Below are positions 10,253-23,188 of a stretch of DNA of 64,000 bases, piece by piece; within the stretch, counting starts at the first letter, position 1, and the number at the start of each line of letters is the position of its first letter. Source of the DNA: Gemmatimonadota bacterium (lineage in GTDB: Bacteria > Gemmatimonadota > Gemmatimonadetes > Palauibacterales > Palauibacteraceae); NCBI GenBank assembly GCA_963666735.1, contig OY762926.1, positions 1,472,001-1,536,000 of the forward strand. Reading direction: 5' to 3'. The notes beneath the pieces are model-generated. The model had not been told where the DNA came from. It did not search any database and worked only from the letters and a program-made list of their open reading frames with translations. Position numbers and translations under genes: made by a program.

Positions 10253-11085
10253 GCGCCGCCCTCCCCGTCTCCGCCATCCGTCTGCAGCACCCCCTCGATC
10301 AACGTCCGATGGGCCTGGTATTCGGGGACATCCGGAATCCCTCCGGCCTCCTCCACCCGGGTCCGGATGCGGGCCCTGAACCCCTCCGCCGAGTCCGCGT
10401 CCTCCTCGAAGTCCTCCGCGCGCGCGGCGAGCAGGAGCCCGAGCAGGTGCTCCGGGTCCTCGGCGAGGATCTCATCCGCCATCTCCCGGGCGCGGCCCGA
10501 CTCTCCCATGAGGAGACGCAGGAGGCCGACATGGAACCGTGCGTCCGCATCGGTCTCTTCCGGAGGGACAGCGTCGTACGCCTGCAGCGCCATGTCGATG
10601 AAGAAGGCGGCGCGCTCGAAGTCGCCGCCCTCGTGTTCGCGCATCACGCGCTCAAAGAGCCGGTCCGCGACCCCGCGCGGGCCCATCGCGGCCAGTTCCT
10701 CCATGCTCGGCATACCGGCCCCACCGGCATCGCCGGCCGCTGCCCCGGCCGCCGGGGGATCGCCCGCCGTCTCGCCCGGGAGGCCCCCCGTCATCGTCAT
10801 GTCTCCGACCCGCGTCACGCTTCCCCGCTGGACGGACACCGCGATCATCACGGAGAAGGCCACGAGCCCGAGGCCGGAGAGGACCCACGGCAGCAGAGCC
10901 GAGCGAGGCTTTCGCGGCGGAGCGCCCACGGGCGTACCGCATGCGGTGCAGTAGAGCGCGTCCTTCCGGAGCGGCGCCTGGCAGGCCGGGCATCCCGCGC
11001 GCTGGGCGAGCGGGGCGCCGCACTGCGCGCAGAAGTTGCCCGACGCCGGGCTCTCGCAGCGCGGACACGCCGTGGGCCGGCTCAT
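10249..11085 (-). CDS. Double zinc-ribbon, single-TM, TPR-like protein
   Basis: Four CxxC pairs (CPRC, CAQC, CPAC, CTAC), TM LLPWVLSGLGLVAFSVMIAV, helical TPR-like C-terminus. Confidence 0.75.
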   Translation of the reverse strand: MSRPTACPRCESPASGNFCAQCGAPLAQRAGCPACQAPLRKDALYCTACGTPVGAPPRKPRSALLPWVLSGLGLVAFSVMIAVSVQRGSVTRVGDMTMTGGLPGETAGDPPAAGAAAGDAGGAGMPSMEELAAMGPRGVADRLFERVMREHEGGDFERAAFFIDMALQAYDAVPPEETDADARFHVGLLRLLMGESGRAREMADEILAEDPEHLLGLLLAARAEDFEEDADSAEGFRARIRTRVEEAGGIPDVPEYQAHRTLIEGVLQTDGGDGEGGA

Positions 11086-12410
11086 TGGGGCCGGTCGGCG
11101 CGGTCGCCGAGCCGCACGGTCGCCTCGTGCTCGCCGCCGTTACGCAGATAGCGGAGCACGACCTCGTCGCCCGGCTTGTAGGCCGCGAGGGCGTCCGTGA
11201 ACGCCTGCAGGTCTCCGGCCTCGTGCTCCCCGAGACCAATGAGGACGTCTCCTCGCGTGAGGCCGCCGCCCGCCGCGGGCGACCCCTCCGTGACCCCGGC
11301 GAGGAGCACGCCGAAGTCGACCGGCGTGAAGTCGGGCACGGTCCCGAGCCACGCCCCGGAGCCTCCCGCGCGCTGCTCGCGCTCACCCACACCGGGGATG
11401 ACGGCCAGCCGCTCTCGCCGCTCCGCCAGCGCCCGCGCTACGTTCTCCGTGAGGCGGGCCACGCGTCCCAGACCGGCGGCATCGATCTTCTCCGCGTCAT
11501 CGGTGTGCCGGTGATAATCGGAGTGGACGTTCGTGAAGAAGTGGAGGACGGGGATGTCGTTCGCATAGAACGAGGTGTGGTCGCTGGGTCCGAACCCGGC
11601 CTCCTCCCACGCGAGCGGAATCCCTACGTCCGCGTTCGCCGCCGGGACGATCTCCTCCCACTCGGGCGCCGTCCCCATCCCGTACACAATCATCTCGCCG
11701 TCCTCGAGCCGCCCCACCATGTCGAGGTTGACCATGGCCACGGTCTCTTCCAGCGAGATCGCCGGATGGTTCGCGTACCAGGCGGAGCCGATCAGCCCCA
11801 GTTCCTCTCCCGTGAAGGCGATGAACACGATCGAGCGCGCCGGACGCGGCCCCGCGCGGAGGGCACGAGCCGCCGCGAGCACGGCCGCCACCCCCGAGGC
11901 ATTGTCGTCCGCCCCGTTGTGGATCTCGCCCGCCTCCCCGGTGCTCCCGAACTCGCCCAGCCCGAGGTGGTCGTAGTGCGCGCCCACCACGACGGCGCTC
12001 TCCCGCAACTCGGAATCGGCCCCGCGCAGGATCGCGACGACGTTGCGACCCCGTCCCGCCGGCGCGTGAGGTTGCGCCGCACTCGCCAGCGGAAGCTCCT
12101 GGAAGAACCCGTCCTCCCCGCCCGGCTCGAGCCCGAGCGAGGCGAACATCGCCGCGATGTACTCGCCCGCGCAGCGCTCCCCCGCGCTCCCCGAGAACCG
12201 GCCCCCGAGCGCATCGTCGGCCAGGTAGCGCACGGTCTCCATCGGCGTCCCGAGCCGCGCGCCGTACGCCGGGCATGCATCACCCGTGGCGGCACCCGTC
12301 TCCTGTCCCTGCAACCCGGCGGCACTCGCGACCAGCGCGAAGCACACGGCGCTCAAATGGCGCAGCGGCCGCACACGCGTCCTCGCTGCATCTTCCCTTT
12401 GTCCGATCAT
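11082..12410 (-). CDS. M28 family aminopeptidase with C-terminal PDZ
   Basis: GAHYDHLG, GADDNASG, GEELGL, GPSDH, then PDZ (SPAAGGGLTRGDV). Start uncertain. Confidence 0.9.
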   Translation of the reverse strand: MIGQREDAARTRVRPLRHLSAVCFALVASAAGLQGQETGAATGDACPAYGARLGTPMETVRYLADDALGGRFSGSAGERCAGEYIAAMFASLGLEPGGEDGFFQELPLASAAQPHAPAGRGRNVVAILRGADSELRESAVVVGAHYDHLGLGEFGSTGEAGEIHNGADDNASGVAAVLAAARALRAGPRPARSIVFIAFTGEELGLIGSAWYANHPAISLEETVAMVNLDMVGRLEDGEMIVYGMGTAPEWEEIVPAANADVGIPLAWEEAGFGPSDHTSFYANDIPVLHFFTNVHSDYHRHTDDAEKIDAAGLGRVARLTENVARALAERRERLAVIPGVGEREQRAGGSGAWLGTVPDFTPVDFGVLLAGVTEGSPAAGGGLTRGDVLIGLGEHEAGDLQAFTDALAAYKPGDEVVLRYLRNGGEHEATVRLGDRADRPQ

Positions 12411-12540
12411 GGCGCGCAAGCTCGCCGCGCAACGACGGGATGTCCACCTGCGGAGCCGGAAACGGATCGGCACAGAACCCGATCGACTCTTCCCGTGGCA
12501 GGGTTGGACCGGAGGGTGCATCTTGCGGGGATTGTACACG

Positions 12541-13002
12541 ATGGTCTTCCAAGGCGAGGCAACGTTGAGACGGAAACTCTGGATGCTGGCGGGGCTCGGG
12601 GCGATCGCGGTGGCGATCACGGTGCTCGCGGCAGGCGGGTTGAGCGAGAACATGGTCTTCTTCCTCACGCCCGCCGAACTTGAGGCGCGCGGGGTCGAGG
12701 TCGTCGATCAGCCGATCCGGCTCGGAGGCCAGGTCAAGCCGGGGAGCGTGGACTGGAATCCGGAGGCCTCCGAACTGCGCTTCGTCATCGGCGAAGGGGA
12801 CATCGAGATCTCCGTCGAGAGCACGGGCGCGCCCCCCTCCATGTTCCAGCCGGGAATGGGTGTCGTCGTGGAGGGAGCCTACGGGGAGGACCACGTCTTC
12901 CGCGCCACGAACCTGATGGTGAAGCACTCGAACGAGTACGCGCCTCCGGAGCACGCGGGCGACGCGGGCCGGGTCTACAAGTCCCTCCTCGAAGACTCGT
13001 AA
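12541..13002 (+). CDS. ccmE: Cytochrome c maturation heme chaperone CcmE
   Basis: N-terminal TM, VFFLTPAE, IRLGGQVKPGS, KHSNEY (HxxxY). Start may be 12565 or 12583. Confidence 0.9.
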   Translation: MVFQGEATLRRKLWMLAGLGAIAVAITVLAAGGLSENMVFFLTPAELEARGVEVVDQPIRLGGQVKPGSVDWNPEASELRFVIGEGDIEISVESTGAPPSMFQPGMGVVVEGAYGEDHVFRATNLMVKHSNEYAPPEHAGDAGRVYKSLLEDS

Positions 13003-13031
13003 GGGCACATGAAGCCAGGTAGGGCCGCCGC

Positions 13032-15098
13032 ATGCTGAGCACACTCGGCTACGCGTCCGTCATCGCGGGGTTGCTGGCCGCCGTACTGGCCACCGCGGCC
13101 GGCGGCTGGGCCGGCCTTTCCCGCTCCGGCGGGGAGGTATCCAGCGCCCTGGCCCGCCGCGCCGCCTACTTCGCCTTCTTCGCCATGTCGGGCGGCATGC
13201 TCGTGATGGAGATCGCCCTCCTCACGCACGACTTCAGCGTCGAATACGTGGCGCGCGTGGGAAGCCGCGAGACGCCGACCTACTACACGGCGATCTCGCT
13301 CTGGAGCAGCCTCGAGGGATCGATCCTCTTCTGGGGCTGGATCCTCGCCGGCTATGGGGCGCTCTTCGCCTTCACCCGCCGCCGCGAGTTCGGGGCGCTG
13401 CGGGCGGCCGGGGAACCCCTGACCGCGGTCGGCGGCGGACTCGCGCACGGCCTGCGCACGACCCCGCTCGTCCTCGGGGTCATCGGCGTCGTCCAACTCT
13501 TCTTCTTCGGCCTCCTCGCGGGCCCGGCGAATCCGTTCGGTTTCGTGGATCCGGCGCCGGTCAACGGCCCCGGACCCAACCCTCTCCTCCAGAATCACCC
13601 GCTCATGGGCCTGCACCCGCCCATGCTCTACTTCGGGTTCGTGGGGATGACGGTTCCCTTCGCGTTCGCGATCGCGGCGCTGCTGCGGGGGAACGTCGAG
13701 GCGCGCTGGCTCAGGGACGGTCGCCGCTGGATGGTCGCGGCGTGGGCCTTCCTAACGATGGGGATCATCGGCGGCGGCTGGTGGTCCTACGAGGTCCTGG
13801 GCTGGGGCGGCGCCTGGGCGTGGGATCCGGTGGAGAACGCGTCCTTCCTCCCCTGGCTCACGGCCACCGCCTTCCTGCACTCCGCGATGGTCCAGGAGCG
13901 GCGGGGGATGCTGAAGACGTGGAACCTCACGCTGATGATCGCGACCTTCCTCCTCACCCTGTTCGGGACCTTCCTCACGCGGTCGGGCGTCATCGATTCC
14001 GTGCACGCCTTCACGGAGGGGGTCATCGGGCCGGTGTTCCTCGCCTTCATCGCGGGGGTGGCGCTCGTCTCGCTGGCCCTCATCGGGTGGCGGAGCAACC
14101 GGCTGCGGGCGCCCGGGCAGGTGGAGAGTCCCGCCTCGCGCGAGTCCGCCTTCATCCTCAACAACCTCCTCCTCGTCGGCTTCACCTTCACCGTCCTCCT
14201 GGGCACGATGTGGCCGCTCGTCGTGGAGGCGCTGCGGGGGGACCGGATCAGCGTGGGGCCGCCCTACTTCGACCAGGTCGCGAGTCCGATCGGGCTGGCG
14301 CTCATCTTCCTGATGGGTGTGGGGCCGGCGCTCCCGTGGCGGCGGGCAGGGCGGGAACAACTGAAACGGTCGTTCGTGTGGCCGGCCATCATCGGCGCCG
14401 CGACCGGGCTCGTCGTATACGCCCTCGGCATGCGGTACTTCCTCCCCAACCTCACCATCGCGTTCGCCGCCTTCGTGCTGACGACGATCGTCGACGAATT
14501 CCGGAAGGGGATCGCGGCGCGGCGAAGGATCGCGGAACGCTCGTACCTGGGGGCGCTGCGGGACCTGTTCACACGCACGGGCCAGCGTTATGGCGGCTAC
14601 GTCGTGCACGTGGGCGTGATCGTCATCGCGCTGGCGATTTCCGTCTCGTGGACGTGGAAGACGGAACGGGAGATGACGCTCCGGCCCGGCGAGCGGCTGG
14701 CGATCGAGGACTACGAAGTGGAGTTGGTCGACGTGTGGGGGCGGGAGGAACCTCACCGGTTCGTGATCGGGGCGACCTTCGCGGCCTATCGTAACGGGCG
14801 CGGGATCGGCGAGGAGCAGCCACGGATCAACTTCTACACGGCGACGGGACAGAACATTGCGACCCCGGCGGTGAAGAGTTCGCTCACGAGCGACCTCTAC
14901 CTCACGCTGATGGCGGTGGACCCGGAGCGGGGCGAGCACGCGACGGTGCGGGCAATCGTGAACCCCGGCATCGTGTGGCTCTGGATCGGGGGGATGATCA
15001 TGGGCGTGGGCGCCCTGATCGCGATCTGCCCCTGGGGCCGGAGCCGGCTGCGGGCCGCGGGGGCCGAACTGCTCGCCGATCCGGCGGCCGCGGCGTGA
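13032..15098 (+). CDS. ccmF: Cytochrome c heme lyase CcmF
   Basis: NPLLQ, HPPMLY, WGGAWAWDPVEN, TRSG..SVHAF. Confidence 0.95.
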   Translation: MLSTLGYASVIAGLLAAVLATAAGGWAGLSRSGGEVSSALARRAAYFAFFAMSGGMLVMEIALLTHDFSVEYVARVGSRETPTYYTAISLWSSLEGSILFWGWILAGYGALFAFTRRREFGALRAAGEPLTAVGGGLAHGLRTTPLVLGVIGVVQLFFFGLLAGPANPFGFVDPAPVNGPGPNPLLQNHPLMGLHPPMLYFGFVGMTVPFAFAIAALLRGNVEARWLRDGRRWMVAAWAFLTMGIIGGGWWSYEVLGWGGAWAWDPVENASFLPWLTATAFLHSAMVQERRGMLKTWNLTLMIATFLLTLFGTFLTRSGVIDSVHAFTEGVIGPVFLAFIAGVALVSLALIGWRSNRLRAPGQVESPASRESAFILNNLLLVGFTFTVLLGTMWPLVVEALRGDRISVGPPYFDQVASPIGLALIFLMGVGPALPWRRAGREQLKRSFVWPAIIGAATGLVVYALGMRYFLPNLTIAFAAFVLTTIVDEFRKGIAARRRIAERSYLGALRDLFTRTGQRYGGYVVHVGVIVIALAISVSWTWKTEREMTLRPGERLAIEDYEVELVDVWGREEPHRFVIGATFAAYRNGRGIGEEQPRINFYTATGQNIATPAVKSSLTSDLYLTLMAVDPERGEHATVRAIVNPGIVWLWIGGMIMGVGALIAICPWGRSRLRAAGAELLADPAAAA

Positions 15099-15105
15099 AG
15101 GCGGC

Positions 15106-15660
15106 GTGAAGAACTGGGCCCGGTGGGCGCTGCCCCTGGCGGCTCTGCCCCTCCTGGCGCTCCTCTACTGGGGGCTGGGGCAGGACCAGCGGCGGCTTCC
15201 GTCGGCGCTCGAAGGGCGGGAGGCGCCGGCGTTCCGGCTCGCGAACCTCTACAACCCGAGCGATTCGGTGAGCCTGAGCGACTTCGATGGCAAGGTCGTC
15301 GTGCTCAACTACTGGGCTTCGTGGTGCATCCCGTGCATCAGCGAACACCCGGTGCTCGTGCGGCTGCGCGAGACGTACGATCCGGAGGAGGTGGCGCTCA
15401 TCGGCGTCCTCTTCCAGGACACGCCGGCGAACGGGATGCGCTTCATCGAGGAACTCGGCGGAGAGTGGCCGCTCGTCACGGATCCGGGGAGCCTGACCGC
15501 GATCGAGTACGGGGTGTACGGGGTGCCCGAGACGTACTTCATCGGCGCCGACGGCGTGGTCGCGCTGCGGCACGACCTCGCCGTCACGTGGGATCTCGTG
15601 GAGCAGAACGTGGACTCGCTGCTGGTCGCGCGGGCCGCGGCCGGTCCGGCGGGAAGCTGA
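15106..15660 (+). CDS. ccmG: Thiol-disulfide oxidoreductase CcmG/DsbE
   Basis: TM anchor, WASWCIPC, YGVYGVPETYFI; position in ccm cluster. Confidence 0.85.
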   Translation: MKNWARWALPLAALPLLALLYWGLGQDQRRLPSALEGREAPAFRLANLYNPSDSVSLSDFDGKVVVLNYWASWCIPCISEHPVLVRLRETYDPEEVALIGVLFQDTPANGMRFIEELGGEWPLVTDPGSLTAIEYGVYGVPETYFIGADGVVALRHDLAVTWDLVEQNVDSLLVARAAAGPAGS

Positions 15661-16232
15661 TGCGGTCCGCGCGGCGACGGTCGGCCTCCGGATCGTGGCG
15701 GCGCGTCGCGTTCGCCGCAGCCGTGCTCGCCGCGGCCGGGGTCGCGCTCCCGGCGGCCCCCGCCGCCGCCCAGACCGTCGACGGGGCCCTCGCCGGCATC
15801 GAACGGCCCGCCGCCCCCGGCGACCCGGTCCGCACCGCGGAAATCGACCAGCGGACGGCGGAGATCGGCGCCACTCTGCGTTGCCCCATCTGCCGCCAGC
15901 AGTCCATCGCGGAGTCCTCGGCCCGCATAGCGCGCGAGATGCAGGACCTGATCCGCACCATGCTGATGGAGGGCCGCACCGCGGAGGAGATCGAAGCCTA
16001 CTTCGTCGAGGCCTACGGCCCCTGGATCCTCCTCAAGCCCCGGGCCGAGGGCATGAACCTCTTCGTCTACATCGGCCCGGCGGTGGCCTTCCTTCTCGGC
16101 GGGTTTCTCGTGGCGCGCCGTATCCGACGGGGCCGGAGTCGCGACGCCGCGGAGGGCGTCGAGCCGGGTACGCCCGACCACCTGCGGAAGGCGGACCGCA
16201 GGTGGATCGAGGCCGCGATCAAGGGGTCCTGA
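15660..16232 (+). CDS. ccmH: Cytochrome c biogenesis protein CcmH
   Basis: LRCPICRQQSIAES, YFVEAYG, C-terminal TM; TGATG overlap with ccmG. Confidence 0.9.
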   Translation: MRSARRRSASGSWRRVAFAAAVLAAAGVALPAAPAAAQTVDGALAGIERPAAPGDPVRTAEIDQRTAEIGATLRCPICRQQSIAESSARIAREMQDLIRTMLMEGRTAEEIEAYFVEAYGPWILLKPRAEGMNLFVYIGPAVAFLLGGFLVARRIRRGRSRDAAEGVEPGTPDHLRKADRRWIEAAIKGS

Positions 16233-16268
16233 GCGCCGGGAGACGTTCCCGCGGGAGCGTCCCGGCGC
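16233..16268. terminator. GC hairpin between convergent ccmH and acnA
   Basis: GCGCCGGGAGACGTTCCCG/CGGGAGCGTCCCGGCGC imperfect inverted repeat. Confidence 0.45.
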
Positions 16269-16287
16269 GACTCCGGAGTCCGCCGGC

Positions 16288-19083
<2,796 letters not shown>

Positions 19084-19247
19084 CGAGACGGCGAAGAGTT
19101 GTTATGCTGTGGGGCAAAGGGCAACGTATCGAATCCGAGGCCTCCGATCGACCGGAGAGCGGGGCTTCAGGTTGAACATGAAGGTAGTTGCGAATAAACT
19201 ATGGCGTCGGTCGGTCGCCACACGACGGATCGGCCTTGGCGACGCGG

Positions 19248-20717
19248 ATGGCCACCCACGTAGGCAAGGAGAGGGTATTGTCCGGAAGTCGAAAAGGGAT
19301 AGAGCCTTCCGAAGGACCTCCGCTGCCGGATCGCGATCCGGGTCGCGGTCCGGCAGGGTCGACGCCGCCACCCGGCGGACTCCTGACGCGCCGCTCGGCG
19401 ATCCGCGCCGGGCTCGCCGGTCTGCTCGGCGCGCCCTTCGCCACATCGCTCAGCGCATCCGCCGCCTCCTCTTCCCGGCCGCTCGCTCCCGGCTTGCGCT
19501 GGAGCGGAAGGAGCCAGGCGCAGCCGGACGACGAGATCCTCCTCGGCGTGTCCGCGGCCTTTTCCGGGCCCTCGCGGGGACTGGGCACCGAGCTGTATCG
19601 CGGGGCGATGTCCTGTTTCGGGCAGGTCAACGAGCAGGGCGGCGTCAACGGCCGGCGGATTACTCCCAAGCTCTACGATGACGGCTACCAGCCCGATCCG
19701 TGCGTGGAGAACACGCTCAAGCTAATGCTGGAGGATGAGGTCTTCCTGCTGTTCGGCTACGTCGGCACGCCGACCGTGACCCGCGTCCTGCCGCTGCTGA
19801 AGAAGTTCCAGGACCAGCAGATGTACATCTTCTTCCCCTTCACCGGCGCGCAGCCGCAGCGTGAGCCGCCGTACGGGGAGTTCGCCTTCAACCTGCGCGC
19901 CTCCTACGGCCAGGAGACGGCCGGCCTCGTCGACAACTTCGTCCGCATCGGGCGACGGCGCATCGCCGTCTTCTACCAGGCCGACGCCTACGGGCGCAGC
20001 GGCTGGGCCGGCGTGAGGGCGGCGCTGGCACGGCACGGGGAGACCATCGCAGGCGAGGCCACCTACCGGCGAGGCACGCAGTTCACGAGCATCATGCGGC
20101 CGCAGGTCGAGATCCTGCAGGAGGCCGAGCCCGATGCGGTCATCTGCGTGGGGGCGTACGCCGCCTGCGCCGCCTTCGCCCGCGACGCGATGGACCTGGG
20201 TCTGCACGTGCCCATCGCGAACCTCTCCTTCGTGGGCAGCGAGAACCTGCTCTCCCTCCTCGTGGATGCGAGCCGCGACGACCCGGCCCATTACACGCCG
20301 TGGCTCGTGAATTCGCAGGTCGTGCCCAGTTACGAGGACACGACGATTCCGGCCGTGCCCGAATACCGGGATCTGATGGACCGCTACGATCCACAGGTGC
20401 CGGAGGAGCTGGTGGTGGAACCGTACGACCCGTTCCCGTACAGCTTCACGAGCCTCGAGGGATACCTGGATGCGAAGCTGCTGACGGAAATCCTGCGTCG
20501 GATTGACGGCACACCGGAGCGCGGCAAGCTGAACGACGCGGTGTTCTCGGTGCGGAATTACGATCTGGGGATCGGCGAAATGGTCTCGTTCGGGCCCGAC
20601 CGACGGCAGGGTCTCCAGAGCGTCTACCACACTGTCGTGGAGGACGGCCGCTTCGTCACCCTCAACGACTGGGAAGCCAAGTTCGGCCTGAACGCGACGA
20701 GCGACGGGGCCTCGTGA
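19248..20717 (+). CDS. Periplasmic substrate-binding protein (LivJ/Peripla_BP_6 type), probable Tat export
   Basis: LTRRSAIRAGLAGLLG twin-arginine motif; GGVNGRRI..DDGYQP, GYVGTPT, FNLRASY. Start uncertain. Confidence 0.85.
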   Translation: MATHVGKERVLSGSRKGIEPSEGPPLPDRDPGRGPAGSTPPPGGLLTRRSAIRAGLAGLLGAPFATSLSASAASSSRPLAPGLRWSGRSQAQPDDEILLGVSAAFSGPSRGLGTELYRGAMSCFGQVNEQGGVNGRRITPKLYDDGYQPDPCVENTLKLMLEDEVFLLFGYVGTPTVTRVLPLLKKFQDQQMYIFFPFTGAQPQREPPYGEFAFNLRASYGQETAGLVDNFVRIGRRRIAVFYQADAYGRSGWAGVRAALARHGETIAGEATYRRGTQFTSIMRPQVEILQEAEPDAVICVGAYAACAAFARDAMDLGLHVPIANLSFVGSENLLSLLVDASRDDPAHYTPWLVNSQVVPSYEDTTIPAVPEYRDLMDRYDPQVPEELVVEPYDPFPYSFTSLEGYLDAKLLTEILRRIDGTPERGKLNDAVFSVRNYDLGIGEMVSFGPDRRQGLQSVYHTVVEDGRFVTLNDWEAKFGLNATSDGAS

Positions 20718-21454
20718 GCCAGCCGGAAGCAAACGAGATCCGGATCAAGAAGCTCTTTCGAAGGACGCGCTTCGGCATCTTCGTCCTCTTCGGAGGAATC
20801 GTCGTCTCCACTTCCACGCTCTCGATCCGCACGGTCTCGAGCCAGCTGTCGGAGGAGTACGAGAGCAACAGCGCGAACATCGCCAAGAACATCGCCGACT
20901 CCAGCGTCGACATCCTCCTCAACCGCAACCTCGCCACGCTGCAGTCGCTCATCGACCAGTTCGTCGAGATCCAGAGCATCCGGTACATCTACATCACGAG
21001 CGACACCGGCGAGATCCTGACCCATACCTTTGTGCCGGGCGTCCCGGACGTGATCCGCGCGGGCGATCCGCACGCCACCGAGCCGATCGAGCGCAGCCTG
21101 CCCGGGATGGGGGATTTCGTCGAAGTCGGGAGTCCGATCCTGGCCGGCCAGGCCGGCACCGTGCACGTGGGGATGGACCTCGACCTCGTGCGGCTCAAGA
21201 TCCAGCGGGCCACGGGCCAGCAGATCTACCTCATCTGCATCATCCTCATCCTCGGCGTCCTTGGTTCGATCTGGTTCTTGAAACTCGCGGTTACGCCGCT
21301 GGAGGATCTGCTCTCGTACGTGGTGAAGCTGGCGCGCCGTGACGAAGACACGGAGACCGATGCGAAGGTGCTGGCGCGCGATGACGAGATCGGTGAGATG
21401 GCCCGCCTCATGCTGCACGCCGTGAAGGGCGAGACGGCGCCGGGAGCGGACTAG
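20714..21454 (+). CDS. Two-TM sensor-like protein ending in a HAMP domain, no output domain
   Basis: TM - periplasmic region - TM, then PLEDL...RDDEIGEMAR and stop; GTGA overlap with the SBP gene. Confidence 0.75.
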   Translation: MSQPEANEIRIKKLFRRTRFGIFVLFGGIVVSTSTLSIRTVSSQLSEEYESNSANIAKNIADSSVDILLNRNLATLQSLIDQFVEIQSIRYIYITSDTGEILTHTFVPGVPDVIRAGDPHATEPIERSLPGMGDFVEVGSPILAGQAGTVHVGMDLDLVRLKIQRATGQQIYLICIILILGVLGSIWFLKLAVTPLEDLLSYVVKLARRDEDTETDAKVLARDDEIGEMARLMLHAVKGETAPGAD

Positions 21455-21455
21455 G

Positions 21456-22754
21456 GTGTCCTCATCCTCGGAGGGCTGGAAGGCGCCCCGAGTCGTGATC
21501 GCCCTCTTCTGCACCGTCCTGCAGATCTGCTTCGGCACGGTCTACGCCTGGAGTTTCTTTCAGACGATGCTCGTCCGTCAGGCGGGCTGGACGTTCACCC
21601 AGGGATCGCTGGCCTTCTGCATCGCCATCTTCTCTCTCGGGACGGCGGCGGCATGGGCGGGCCAACTGCTGCCCAAGGTGGGGCCCCGGCGTCTCGCCCT
21701 CATCGGAAGCACTCTGTTCGCGGGCGGCTACGTCATCGCGAGCTTCGCGTTGCGGCTCGACTCGATTCTCCTCTTCTACGCAGGGTACGGGCTCATCGGC
21801 GGGATCGGCATCGGACTCGGATACGTGACGCCCGTCACCACGGCCGCGAAGTGGTTCCCGGACCGGAAGGGGCTCGTCACGGGAATCGTCGTGATGGGCT
21901 TCGGCATCGGGGCGCTCCTCCTGAGCAAGGGTCTCGCACCCCTGCTGGTGCTGCAGACGGAGGGCGATCTGCCGCAGGTCTTCCTGTGGCTGGGGATCGT
22001 GTTCGCCTGCATCCTCATCCCCAGCAGCTTCGTCATCGACGATCCGCCCGCCGCCCAGGTCGCGCCGTGGAAGCAGCCCGCGCAGGTGGGCCCGTATCTG
22101 AAGTCCAGCCAGTTCGTCATCATCTGGATCGTCTTCTTCTTCAACATCGCGGCGGGCATCTCGGTCATCAGCTTCCAGTCCGAACTGCTGCAGGAGGTGT
22201 GGGGGCTGGCCGACCCCACCGTCGAACCGGCGGTGCTGGCGGAGTACGGCGCGACGCTCATCGCGGCGAGTTCCCTGTGCAACGGGCTGGGGCGGATCCT
22301 GTGGGCGTGGCTCTCCGACCGCGTCGGACGCGTGGCGGTGTTCCGCATGCTGCTCGCGAGCCAGATGGTCGTGTTCGGCGTCCTCATGACCGAGTCCAAC
22401 CCGTGGATCTTCTCCGCGCTCGTGTGCTACGTGCTGCTCTGCTTCGGCGGCGGGTTCGCGACCATGCCGTCGTTCATCCTCGAGGTGTACGGTCCCAGGA
22501 ACATGTCGAAGGTCTACGGCGCGATCCTGACTGCGTGGGCGGCAGCCGGCATCTGCGGCCCGCTGTACGTCGGATACCTGAAGGACAGCTACCCGGACCG
22601 GGCGGTCATGTACTGTTTCCTGATCGGGATCCTGATGCTGGGCGCGGGCTACCTGTTCTCGTACCTGATCGACGATGACCGCGTCCGACTGGGCCGCCCG
22701 ACGGTGAAGCAGACCCTGGAGCGCTACCGGATCCCCGTCCCCGACCGGTCCTGA
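21456..22754 (+). CDS. OFA (oxalate/formate antiporter) family MFS transporter
   Basis: GTVYAWS, GIGLGYVTP..KWFPDRKGL, NGLGRILWAWLSDRVGR, GGGFATMP. Confidence 0.9.
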   Translation: MSSSSEGWKAPRVVIALFCTVLQICFGTVYAWSFFQTMLVRQAGWTFTQGSLAFCIAIFSLGTAAAWAGQLLPKVGPRRLALIGSTLFAGGYVIASFALRLDSILLFYAGYGLIGGIGIGLGYVTPVTTAAKWFPDRKGLVTGIVVMGFGIGALLLSKGLAPLLVLQTEGDLPQVFLWLGIVFACILIPSSFVIDDPPAAQVAPWKQPAQVGPYLKSSQFVIIWIVFFFNIAAGISVISFQSELLQEVWGLADPTVEPAVLAEYGATLIAASSLCNGLGRILWAWLSDRVGRVAVFRMLLASQMVVFGVLMTESNPWIFSALVCYVLLCFGGGFATMPSFILEVYGPRNMSKVYGAILTAWAAAGICGPLYVGYLKDSYPDRAVMYCFLIGILMLGAGYLFSYLIDDDRVRLGRPTVKQTLERYRIPVPDRS

Positions 22755-23182
22755 CGCTTCACCGAGGACCGGTCCGCAGGAACGGCGGCGAACGCTTCGA
22801 CAGGTACCGGGATGTTCGGGACTCCGGCCAGCCGACGGTTCGTGGTGAGCAGGGGAGCTTCGAGGATCTCGGCCAACGTCACGTAGGCAGCGTCGTACGC
22901 GGTGAGGTTGTGGCGGCGGCGCCAGACCCTCGACAGGAGCGGCTCGTGTCCGTGTCGCCGCACATCGAGGTCGAGCAGGTTGCGATACGCCTCGTCGGCG
23001 CGGTTCGGTGAGACCGCACCCGTTCTTTCATACCGGCGAAGCACATGCAGAACCTCGAGGTCCAGGAGTTCCGGGCCATGCAGCGAGATCCCGGGATCGA
23101 AGATTCGTTGCATGATTCGGGCGCCGGAGCGCGTGCCCAGTACCAGCTCCACGACCGCGGATGCATCCAGGACGGCGACCAC
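22724..23182 (-). CDS. vapC: VapC-type PIN toxin
   Basis: VLDASAVVE, LEVLHVLRR, NLTAYDAAYVTLAE; last acidic residue appears as N (LLTTN). Confidence 0.85.
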   Translation of the reverse strand: MVAVLDASAVVELVLGTRSGARIMQRIFDPGISLHGPELLDLEVLHVLRRYERTGAVSPNRADEAYRNLLDLDVRRHGHEPLLSRVWRRRHNLTAYDAAYVTLAEILEAPLLTTNRRLAGVPNIPVPVEAFAAVPADRSSVKRQDRSGTGIR

Positions 23183-23188
23183 GCGGCG

